Translations under genes and position numbers: made by a program
Shown: positions 11,932 through 22,280 of the stretch, piece after piece
How positions within the stretch are numbered: the stretch's first letter is position 1
Layout: every line of letters starts with the position of its first letter
DNA from: Lama guanicoe
Taxonomy: Eukaryota
DNA length: 64,000 nt
Direction of reading: 5' to 3'
Assembly (NCBI GenBank): GCA_013239625.1
Contig: MU054187.1
Coordinates: 3,917,757 to 3,981,756, forward strand
The notes under the pieces: generated by a model
Seen by the model: only the letters and a program-made list of their open reading frames with translations
What the model was told of the DNA's origin: nothing
Database searches by the model: none

Positions 11932-13180
11932 AATACACATGCCTTAATTTAGAAATACTTTATTGCTGAAAGGATGCTAACTATCATCAGAGCCTTTAGC
12001 GAGTCATAATCATTTTGTTGGTGGAGGGACTTGCCCCGAATTTGCCGGCTGCTGACAGATCAGGATGGTGGTTGCTATAGTTGGAATCACTGTGGCAATT
12101 TTTAAAAATAAGACAACAATAAATTTTGCCACATTGGTTAACTCTTCCTTTCACGAAAGATTTCTCTGCAGTGTGCAAGGCTGTGTGACAGGATTTTACC
12201 CACAGTAAATCTTTCAAAATTGGACTCAGTGCCCTCAAACCCTGCCACTGCTTTGTCAACTAAGTGTATGTAATGTTCCAAATCCTCGACTGCATTTCAA
12301 CAACCTTCACAGCATTAGGAGTCGATGATGCCATCTCAAGAAACCACTTTCTTTGCTCCTCATTTATTAAATGAATTCCTCGTTTGCTAAACTTGTATCC
12401 TGACACCACAGCAATTCAGTCCCATCCTCAGGCTCCACTGCTAACTCTGGCTCTCCTGCTGTTCCCACCACGTCTGCAGGGACTTCCTCCACTGCAGTCC
12501 TGGATCTTTCCACGTCATCCGTGAGAGCCAGAGTCGACTTCTTCCAAACTTGTGTTGATGTTGATATTTTGACCTCTTCCCATGAATCACGAGTGTTCTT
12601 AGTGGCATCTAGAGTGCTGAATCCCTTCCAGAAGGTTTTCAGGTGACGTTGCCCAGATCCATCAGAGGAGTCTCTGTCTGTGGCAGCTCTAGCCTTACGA
12701 AATGTCTTTCCTAAATAATAAGTCTTGAAAGCTGAAGTTACTCTTTGATCTATTGGCTGCAGAATGGATGTTTGTGTTAACAGGAGTAAAAACAGCGTTA
12801 ATCTCTATCAGAGCTCTTTGGTGACCAGGTGCATTATCAATACACAATACTATTTTTAAATGAATCTTTTTCTTTCTCTAAGCAGTATGTCTTAACTGTG
12901 CACTTAAGATACTCGGTAAGCCGTGTTGTAAACAGATGCGCCATCATCCAGGCTTTGTTGTTCCATTTACAGAGCACAGGCAGAGCAGATTTAGCATAAC
13001 TCTTAAGGGCCCTGGGATTTCTGAAATGGTAAACGAGCACTGGCTTCGACTTAAAGTCATCAGTTGCATTGGTCCCTAATGAGAGGGTCAGCCTGTCCTT
13101 TGAGGCTTTGAAGCCAGGAAGGGACTTCAAAGGTCCCAGACAGCCTCTTCTTCTGATAGAAAGCCGTTTCATCTACCCTG
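11932..13180 (-). mobile_element. Tigger1 (pogo-family DNA transposon) internal fragment with decayed transposase
   Basis: ORF 12837-13172 reads PGFKASKDRLTL...NPRALKSYAKSALPVLCKWNNKAWM...HLFT and ORF 11996-12259 reads KSFVKGRVNQCGK, matching the Tigger1/TIGD1-type DDE transposase; stops and frameshifts present. Confidence 0.95.
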
Positions 13181-13499
13181 GGATGGTGTGCTGCAGGGAA
13201 CTCAGCCAGGTGGAGGCAGAGGCGGGAGGAGCTAGAACCCAGTCTGCTGTGTGAAGAACACTTCCCGCGTCTCAGGGTGGATCACAAGGCTTGTGTGTCT
13301 ACTGGCCTCTGACCACGTGGCTCGAGGATGCTGAGCAGAGGGAAGTTAAGACAGCTCTTAAAGCAACTGTCCCTCCCTCTTGTCCTTCCACTGAGACAAC
13401 ATTTCAGCTCAAGTCTTGGGAGAATTTTGCAGCTGTCTGACTGACAGCTTTGAGAGCTAAATTCTACTTTTTTTCTTTTATGGAATACTCCCACCTTAC

Positions 13500-13534
13500 C
13501 ATTTGTCACAGATATAATTAATCGCAGCTGTCTT
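13500..13534 (-). CDS. Candidate internal exon (35 nt, phase 2-1, RQLRLIISVTN)
   Basis: Acceptor cattgtcaaattttag, strong donor ATG/GTAAGG; frame joins the ATG exon at 15436-15455. Confidence 0.3.
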
Positions 13535-15435
13535 CTAAAATTTGACAATGGCTGTATTTCTCCTCACTTGTTTATTTTGTATAACTCAGGTTGAATACTT
13601 TTAAAAGTGGATGGGGAACAAGTTTCTTTTTCTTTAAAAAGGCCAAAAAGTTGAGGTTCATTGATTCCTCTCTGCCTTTCAAGTGAAATTACTCCCAGAA
13701 GGGGATTAAAGAAGGGGATTCTTTTTTACTGTCCTATTTTCCCAAAGCATTTGGGAATCAGACATTTGTCAATATTTTAGGAGGAGAATTTATACTTGGA
13801 AATAGATTTTCAAAGTAAGTATTTCTCCCAGAAAAAAAAAATTTGAAGCAATGATTTCCTAATTAAATTCATTTCCCTCTAATGTGCCCCAAATAAAGAA
13901 AATAGCTTCAAATAATAGAATAAGATATTTGGATGGATTGAACTTAAAAAGAAGGTGCCCCACCCATTAAACATGCAGCCCAGTATCATTATTTCTATAG
14001 TAGGTATGAAACAATCATTCAGAAACCCCATGCCCAGGCTCCCGGTTAGGGCAGCATTCCGCCCCCACCCGCCAAAATTGTTAAAGACATGAACACTTGT
14101 GGATAGATTTTTTTCACGTCTGCAGTTTTGACCCTTTGTATAAGACTTGGTATAGGAGACAATACCAACCATTGTTTCAGAGGTTCGATAGAGAAACCTC
14201 ACGGAACTTAGCACTAAATAAAACGTGATTTGAAAGTATTTTTTTCAAAGGATGTTAAAAAGGCTTTTCTACAGAAATGTTAAAGTAATCTGAGGCAACA
14301 CGGGCACAATTACACGGAAACATGTGAGGAACTGTGTGTGATGGTGTCACCGTCTAGTTCCGTTGATCAGAACGTCAGCTTTGAGATAGCATCTTGTCTG
14401 AGCAGAGCTTCAAAGTAATTTACTCTCGCACGTGGCAAAGGTCCATGACTTGCACTTCCATCGAGCACAGAAGACCCGTTATGATTATTTTTTGGCAGAG
14501 CAAAAATAACACGTTAACGCTCGTTCAAGTGTGAATGGGGCTTTAACTGCCTCTGCAGACACCTTAGTTGGAGAATACAGTCTGTTGCGCATTGGTTTCC
14601 AGCTGTCATGGCTTTGTCTGCGTAGGTGATGGGGGTGCCCTGCCCACTTGGACACGGTTTATGAACTGCTGTATTTCCTTAACTAACTATGCTGCATTTA
14701 GCATTCTTGTTTATTTATAAGTCAGGCAAACATACAGTCTGCTTGTAAATATCAATAATAATTTATTTTTACTAAAATAAATTGATATTTAAGAAATTTA
14801 AGTATATGAACCAGAGGGCTTTGGTAAGTCCTGGTGACTGGTGGCTGGGTTGCACAGAAATTTCTTTCAGTTGAATATGAAAGTTCATCAGTAGAATGGG
14901 CAAGATTTATGTCTTCAACTCAGGATCACCACTGGGGAGTACTTTAAATATGTATCTTAAAAGTAATATTGAAAGTGTTAAACGTTTCTGTGAAATAAGC
15001 AATTACAATTTGATTTATGCTGCCTAATGTGCCAGCTATTGGTAGTTTAATCTGTACTTCATACTTAATGATTTATCAGGATCCTTGCTAGTTAGAAAAT
15101 TGCTAATACTGAAATCACACACATGGAAAGTAGTTTATATTCAATTGGATTATGGATATTTTTGTCTACTTTCGCTAAATATTTCCACTTGAATATCACT
15201 ATTTATTAATATTTTGTTACCTCCCATATACCTTATTAGTTTTATTTTACAGATTTTATATCTCAAAAAAGTTTACTAACTTGGAAAAAAAGATGACACC
15301 TCTTAACCTTGACATATCCCATGTAGAAATTATCTGATGCCTGAGAATCAAGCCATTTTTACTTGTAAAACATGGCACTATTGCATTCAGTAAAATACAA
15401 GAGAATTTTATGTTTCTAAAATACAATTTTCTCAC

Positions 15436-15523
15436 CCAAATGCACTTGCTGCCATTCTTGTCTAGTGACAGCTACTTTTGAGGAGTAAACATCTCTGGCG
15501 ACCCCTTGTTCTACTCCATCTCC
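15436..15523 (-). CDS. Candidate first/ATG-bearing exon (ATG at 15455, MAASAFG)
   Basis: Adjacent to the CpG island; donor TGG/GTGAGA; ATG in strong Kozak context (AGA ATG G) with an in-frame TAG 9 nt upstream; also has an acceptor-like ctccag at 15524-15529. Confidence 0.33.
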
Positions 15524-15559
15524 CTGGAGCAGGTCGGCACATTCAGAAAGGACAGGGAG

Positions 15560-16000
15560 GGGACAGCCCGGACCACGGGCTTCCGTCGTTGCTGCAGCCC
15601 CAGGTGGCTGTGCGGTCGAGTGGCTCCAGCCCCTGCGCGCCCAGCCCGACTTCCCCCACGTAAGCTTGGCCCGTTTCCCTGGGGAAGGTGGCTCGGGGGT
15701 GGTGCGGTCCGGTCCCGTCGTCCGCGGCGGGGCCGCCGCCCCCTCCCCCCGAGTGTTACAGCCCCCCGGCAGCAGGGCTCGCCGAATCCCGGGGCCGAGG
15801 GAGCAGACCTGTCGCCGCGCTCTCCCCCCTCCCGGCGCTCCCCCCCGCGCGGGGGGCTCTCTCAAGGTCTTGTTGACCCATATAGTTTCCTTAACTTACT
15901 AGCAATTCCTTTTATTGACAGCATCCACATTAATATCTTCCCCTCCTCATAGTCCGTAGGTCCTCCTCTGAACTCCCTGTTGACTAGCGGCGCGCTGTGG
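15560..16000. promoter_or_regulatory. Small CpG island, probable promoter
   Basis: Abrupt switch from AT-rich DNA to GC- and CpG-dense sequence; GC boxes (ggcgggg, ccgcccc), ETS-type cttccg at 15580-15585; not recognisable as a repeat. Confidence 0.8.
15575..15659 (+). ncRNA. Candidate non-coding first exon of a plus-strand transcript (start approximate)
   Basis: Donor CAC/GTAAGC at 15660 inside the CpG island, followed by GC-rich intron-like sequence; no ATG in the exon. Confidence 0.35.
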
Positions 16001-17066
16001 AAGCCATGGGTAGTTAGAGAACCACTTCCGACTGACTCAGGTACCACACGTTGTATTTCAAGGCCTGATGGGCTGGGCCTTGCAGAGGTAGGGCTGGGGC
16101 AGGTGCTGAAAGGAAGAGAGGAGCTCCGGTTGCTAAGCAACCAGGAGTGTGCTCAGAGTTCTCAGACGCCAACCCACGGGACATGTGACCAGAGACTAGA
16201 GGTGTAGTCAAGCATAATGACAATGATTTATTAGCCTAAAAATCAAAACAAAGCTGTAGCACTTCTGGTAAGAAATAGCATGTTTTTTCCCCTTTATTCC
16301 CTTTTCTGAAACCCACAGTTACCAACAAAGAATAAGAACTATGAAACTTACATCTTCGGTGAGATCAGGATTGGCTAAAACTCCAAAGTACAGCTTTTGA
16401 AGAACGGAGCCAAATGTGGGGAAACTGGGGCCAAATGGGGAGAAAACGCAGAGAGCCAGTGCAGACAGCTTCAGATTTTAACCAGACTGCAGCAACCACC
16501 ATTCAGAGAAGGCAGACAGGCCACTGGAAGAGCTAGACGCATCCTTGGGTTTGGGTGCGGGGAGGCAAGGTCCCAGAGGACAGGCAAGCAGAGGGGGTGG
16601 TTCTGAAGCAGGAAACAGGGACTGGCGCATGCTCTTTGCTTTCTGCAGAGTAGCCTCCTTGTGGCAAGTAGTTTGGAGGTGAGGTAGGATGGGAAGAGGG
16701 GCAGAACTGTGAGAGTTTACTGCACGTATGGACTGCATCACCGGGAGCCTCTTAGACCCCAAAGTGGGCAATGTAACGCTCTTGAAGGGAGACCTCCCCA
16801 GCCAGAGGAGGTAGCAGATATGATGCCCTTAGGCACAAAAAGTAAGAAACTTTCAGATCCTCTCTTCACCTGCATGTCCCCTCTACTCAAATCCTTCATC
16901 CCAGGCTTGAGTGAATGGCAGGCCCAGAGGGGATGGTCTTGGTTGAAAAATGAGAAGTACCAAGGATCCACATGAAAGTTCTGTATGGATGTAATCTGGA
17001 AAAAATAACTAGGAAGGAGCATAATGAATGAAAAGTAGAAGAATGTGCATCAGAAGAATTACTCCA

Positions 17067-17675
17067 ATTCCTTAAAAAACTGAAAACAGAGTTATCATGT
17101 GATCCAGCAATCCCACTCCTGGGCATGTATCTGGAGAAAACTGGCTCGAGAAGATACATGCCCCTCAGTGTTCACAGAGGCACTGATTACAGTAGCCAAG
17201 ACATGGAAGCAGCCTGAGTGTCCATCAGCAGATGACTTTACTCAGCCGTAAGAAAGAACGAAATAATGCAAATTACAGAAATATGAGTGGACCTAGAGAT
17301 GGTCACACTAAGTGAGTAAGTCAGAGAAAGATAAATGTATGATATCACTTATACATAGAATCTAGAAAAAAAAAGATACTAATGAATTTATTTACAAACC
17401 AGAAACAGACTCACAGACATGAAAGCAAACTTATGGTCACTAAAGGGGAAGGGAGGGAGGGATAAATCAGGAGTTTGAGATTAGCAGATTCACACCACTA
17501 CATATAAAATAGATAAACAACAAGGTCCTACTGTAGAGCACCGAGAACTATATTCAATATCTTACAATAACTTATAATGAAAAAGAATGTATATAAATGT
17601 ATAACTGAATCACTATGCTGTACACCAGAAACTAATACAATATTGTAAATCAACAACACTTCAATAAAAAAAAAA
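17067..17675 (+). mobile_element. 5'-truncated cetartiodactyl L1 (end of ORF2 plus 3'UTR, poly-A)
   Basis: gatccagcaatcccactcctgggcat, gataaacaacaaggtcctactgta, gctgtacaccagaaactaatacaa, poly-A; 13-bp TSD aagaattactcca at 17054-17066 and 17676-17688. Confidence 0.95.
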
Positions 17676-17689
17676 AAGAATTACTCCAG

Positions 17690-19390
17690 GAAACAGAAAC
17701 ACAAATTCAGAAAAAAAAGACTTCCTCTGTACTAGCAAAAAATTTTAAAGAAGCAATAACTATAAAAACAGTCTATTTAAGGCAAGATATGAGATAAAGT
17801 AAAATAGGAAAAGCCCTATTGAAAAGTAAGCTGGCAGACTTTAAGGAAGAACTGAAATTTAGCAATAAAACCATCACAGAAATAAAAGCTATGATCAAAG
17901 AGGATAAGAAAAAAGTAAGGCCTTGCTGAAAGCAGCATCAGGGCCACAGAGGAGAAGCTTAAAAAACAGTACATAAAAGAAGACAGAAAACAACAAAAAG
18001 ATAAAAGTGTTCACAGGAAAGATGAAACCCAGAAAACAAAAAGATTCCCCATAAAAAATAGCGTTCCTGAAAATGGAGAGAGGACATAATTAAAAAACAT
18101 GCAGCGAAGTGATTGAAGAAAATATTTCTAAATAAAGAGCTAGCTCTGTACATGGACAGCTATTCCTGGAAAAACTACAGAGGATAAAATATGTTCTCAT
18201 CAAGTCAGTGAACTTCAACGCCAACACGTAATGGCAGGAAAAAGCTACCTTGATGGACTGAGCCTTGAGGACCGCTGACCTTCCCCGGCAGCGGTCATTT
18301 CCAAAGAGGGTGGAGCAGCGGTAGGAACACAGCCCAGGGGTCGTGAGCGTATAGTTACATCATATAAGGTAATGTTACATCCTGTGTTACGTGAAACCAT
18401 TTTAGGAGTACTAGGAGGTTGATTTTTGCTGAGGATGGGGAATACACACGGCCTCACATCCCCATTTTTGCTGTTGAGAGGATATAAATTCTTTCTAAGT
18501 TTAATGAATCATCACAGAGAGATTTAAGTCAACAACTTAGTAATTTCCTTAATTTCTGAAAAGAGAAACAATTCATGTAGTGCCACTATTTTTTAAAAAA
18601 AACATAATAGGAGCAAAAATAATTATAAGCCTTCCAAATTATCATAATGAAAAACCCCACACAGAAAAACACGCAACAAAAAGAACAAAAGAACACGTTG
18701 AAGATATTGCAAATATAGTAGGAAGAAGGAAGTAATATAATCAAGAATTGATACTATAAAATAGAGTTACAGAGTTAAGGCCAACCTATGATACAAGAAA
18801 TGTAAATAAAACATCTAAAAAGTAGACTCTCGGAATGAAGTTTGAAGATACAAACTGCAGGATTGTCTATAAAAGGTGTGCTTGGGACAAAATGGCCCAG
18901 AAAGGCTGAAAGGACAGAAATACAGCAGGAGAGGCAAACTAATGAAGCAGCGGTCATGTTGCTTAGATAAGTTGAAATAAAAAATAATTCTAAACAAGAA
19001 TGTTTAAAATAATATGTGCAAACCCAAATGAAGAGCTAATGTGCATTTATTTGCTTCTTATTAAATAACAAAGCATTTGAAAGTAAAAAGAATACAAAGG
19101 CCTTAACATAGAAAATTTAGTAGTTAGAATATTCGATTTTTTTAATCCTGTAAAGATTAAGCAGTCAAAAAATATCTATGAATCCAAACAGAACAATGAT
19201 TAAGGTTGACCCTCCCACACATCCATCCAAAGTTAAACACTGAAATTGGAGAATTAATTTCCCTTCCACATGCTATTTAATTTTAACAAGGCAAACACAT
19301 ACAAGCCCCAGAGGAAGCTAAGTAAATTACAAGGAAAGAAAAAAATTCAGGCAAGAATTTTGAACTCCTGATAATTGAATTAAAAACTGA
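17690..19390 (+). mobile_element. Very old L1/HAL1-like remnant (probably starts near 16270, split by the young L1)
   Basis: Strongly A-rich, ORF1-like texture (accatcacagaaataaaagct, gaagaaaatatttctaaataaaga). Confidence 0.5.
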
Positions 19391-20049
19391 GATGCAAGGC
19401 TGAAGGCTCTAAGGCTGTCTATGGTCTAACATTTCAGAAAAGGAACTGGTTTTCTGCAAAGATGGTGAAAGCTGGCTTTAGCACAGTGCCTAGGCGATCG
19501 ACCCTGGCCAACCTCAAGTTCTCAAGCACCGGGAGAAAGGCTGGTGTTCCCCTAACTGTGAGCGCCTGGTTCTCCCGCGTCACACAGCTGCAAACCAAAG
19601 ACTTGGACCCCAGCTCCTGATCACGCCAAGAACCAGACCTGTCTCTCCTTCAGATATAAACACTGAGCTGGCAGGACAGGTCTGGAGCGAAAGTTCTGCC
19701 ACCCTGTGTTGTTAGTGTGTCCTGTTCCCTGGTCACATTGAGACTGTGAGCGACCAGAGCGTCCTTAGCCATGCAGCTTGAAAGCTCCAGATCCAAGGGT
19801 TGGGGTCATGTGCCCGGAGTCAAAGTTCAACCCTTTCAAATTCCTGTGTGATGCCCTGGTATGCGGTGGGCAGGGGGACCCACCCCTGCACACCTGTCTC
19901 TGCTCCTTCTCCATGTGGTTCCTCTGATAAATATTGCCCCTGCTGGGCAACACGCATGTCCTCTGGTCACTTGCCTTTGTTTGTATATTAATGACAGAAA
20001 AACAGTAAATTTTTTAAAAATCTGCAAATTTTACCTTGCTCTCTTAACT

Positions 20050-20450
20050 CTTGGTTAGAAGGAAGATAAAAAACTATAATTGCAGAATATTAGATAGTTA
20101 AACACTATATGTAAAAACCTAAGAGGATGTAAGCTAAAACTAAGCTCAGAGGAACACGTATATTACATTGTGTAGGTTATGGTAAGTGCATTATAAAATA
20201 GTGGTGTGGCCTAAGAAAGGGTGACAATGAATTAATTAATTCTTGATCTCAAGAATGAGGAAGCATGGACCTGAAGAAAGAAAACCTAATAAAAATTATA
20301 AGTAATGCTTTAGAAAACAAGCAAAAAGAATCAAGGAATAAAACCAAGAGCTGGTTCTCTAAGGAAATAATAACGTGATGAACTGGCCGGTCTTATGAAG
20401 AATAAAAAACTCGCACATTTAAAAGAGATTAAAAACGAGAGTGGGGAGAT
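20050..20450 (+). mobile_element. Old L1 ORF2 fragment
   Basis: gctaaaactaagctcagagga, aataaaaccaagagctggttct, attaaaaacgagagtggggagat correspond to L1 ORF2 motifs (KAVLRG, NKTKSWF, IRNE.GDI). Confidence 0.6.
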
Positions 20451-20451
20451 C

Positions 20452-20900
20452 TATTTATTCGTTCATTCAGCATTTACTGAATTTCTGTTCCACACCAGGC
20501 ATACTTCCAGGTGGATTCTGAGTAATAAGTAATAATGTAACAGTAATAAGACAGACGCAAAACACGCCGACCTTATGGAGCCTGCATGAGATGAGATGAC
20601 AGGAATAAATGTGACAGATAAGTAAAATGGAAAGCATGTTAGGCAGTGATAAGTTTGAACACAAAGCTCAGGCAGGGGAATGAGACTGCATGTGGTTATG
20701 TTTGGGGCAACTACAGTTTTTGGCAGGGCCGCCAACCCAAAGCAGAGAGCAAGGGTAACACCCTGAGGCAGGAGCGGGTCTGGCTATCGGAAGCCTTTAT
20801 GTGGAGAAGCAACACGACCACCAGACTTGCTTTTTAAAAAGATGCATTTAGATGATGGTTCAGAATAGGCCCAGCAAGGGTAAGAACAGGAAAACCAGTT
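20452..20900 (-). mobile_element. L2a 3' part
   Basis: attcgttcattcagcatttactgaa...ccaggca, gaccttatggagcctgcat, ttttaaaaagat...accagtt. Confidence 0.7.
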
Positions 20901-21235
20901 TATCGAAAAACATTGTTTCCTTTGGGAAATACGCAGGCCTTATGTATGTGAAACAAGGCGTCTGTGATGGACTTCCTCCCTTTGTGTGAAGTGGGGGTTG
21001 GAGGGGCGGCGTCCGGGGCAAGAAGGAGGCAACCACACTCTCCCTGGGACGTGCGGATGACAGGCCTCCTGGAGGAAAGCCAAGCCGCCTGCGTCTCAGG
21101 ACGGTCCTTACTTTGACGGGCTTTCACGAGATGCTCCTCGTTTCTAGGCTGGCTTCTGGTAGACAAGCCTGGGGCTCATGACCCTCCCTGGAATACATCG
21201 CGTATGCTGTTGCTCACCGTTAAAATCATTCCATC

Positions 21236-21386
21236 AGACCCAAGACCTTATGGTAGCTCACAGCGAAAAAAAATGTGACAATGAGTGTATGTATGCTCAT
21301 GTGTAACCGAAAAATTGTGCTCTACGCTGGAATTTGACACAACATTGTAAAATGGCTGTAACTCAATTAAAAAAAAAAAGAAAAAG
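21236..21386 (+). mobile_element. Young 5'-truncated camelid-type L1
   Basis: aaaaattgtgctctacgctggaatttgacacaacattgtaaa, poly-A; perfect 14-bp TSD aaaatcattccatc at 21222-21235 and 21387-21400; TT/AAAA endonuclease site. Confidence 0.92.
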
Positions 21387-21614
21387 AAAATCATTCCATC
21401 GGCGATAATCAGGTCACTGCAGACCTCACTTAAAATCTCAGCTACCCTGGACTCCTGAGGTGGGAAGGAAGGGCCAGCGCACTCACTCTAGAGACCCGGG
21501 TCTCTGTTCATCTTATGGTTAATTGTACCTTGAAGTTACTATTAGTACAGCTTGGTCCTGAGTGATCTTTTTGACTTGGAGGCCTTGTCTGATGACGCGG
21601 CCCTTGGTGTTACC

Positions 21615-22280
21615 GAAGCAGTGATCCAAGGGACGGAGGACGGCGGCGGTGGCTTGGTGCAGGGAGCAGCAGCGAAGGCGGTGAAAGTGGCAGGCCTGTG
21701 GGTGTATTCAAAGGGTCAGCCCACAGGGCTGCAGGAAGCACTGAGCGAGGGGTGTGGGAAAGCAGAGAATTCAGAGTGACTCAAAGGTGTTTGCCCGGGG
21801 AGCAGAAAGGATATACTTGCTACTATCGGACATGTTAAGTTTGAGGTGTTCGAAAAGTACCCACGTGGAGTTGTGCAGACCTTTGGCTGCAGGGGTCCGA
21901 AAGTCAAGGAAGAGCGTTAGGACAATCACAGAAATGAGAGATTCGCGCGTATGGTGGCATTTAAAATTGTAGGACTAGAATGAGTCCCATGCGCATGGAC
22001 AGAAAACAGAGGAAGATCAGGAATTGAGCCCTGGGTCTCCTGTGTCCAGGGGGTCAGAGAGATGGTGAGAGGCCAACGAAACACTGAGAAGCAGCTAGTG
22101 CAGTGGGAGAAAGTCCAGGAGAATGAAGTTTTCAAGAAGAAGGAAGTCATCAACTGTGTCCAACGCTCTCTGATCAAAGAGATGAAGGCTGAGAGCCAAC
22201 GGTGATCTTAACTAGAGTTGTTTAGCTAAGGGGGTGGGGTGAGAGCCTGGTCAAGGTACTTTCAAAAGAACATGGGAGTA
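21615..22280 (-). mobile_element. L2a continuation
   Basis: gcagtgatccaagg...ggtggcttgg, ggacatgttaagtttgaggtg, tgagccctgggtctcc, tttcaagaagaaggaagtcatcaactgtgtc. Confidence 0.75.

Noticed and set aside
12837..13172. 111-aa transposase-like ORF as a domesticated TIGD gene
   Set aside because: Internal Tigger1 fragment with deletions, stops and frameshifts; no N-terminal DNA-binding region.
15436..15455. MAASAF start resembling MRPL35
   Set aside because: Similarity is limited to six residues; no other MRPL35 sequence was found in the window.
15416..15952. 148-149 aa ORFs on both strands over the CpG island
   Set aside because: Pro/Arg/Gly-rich translations are expected from stop-poor GC-rich DNA; no family similarity.
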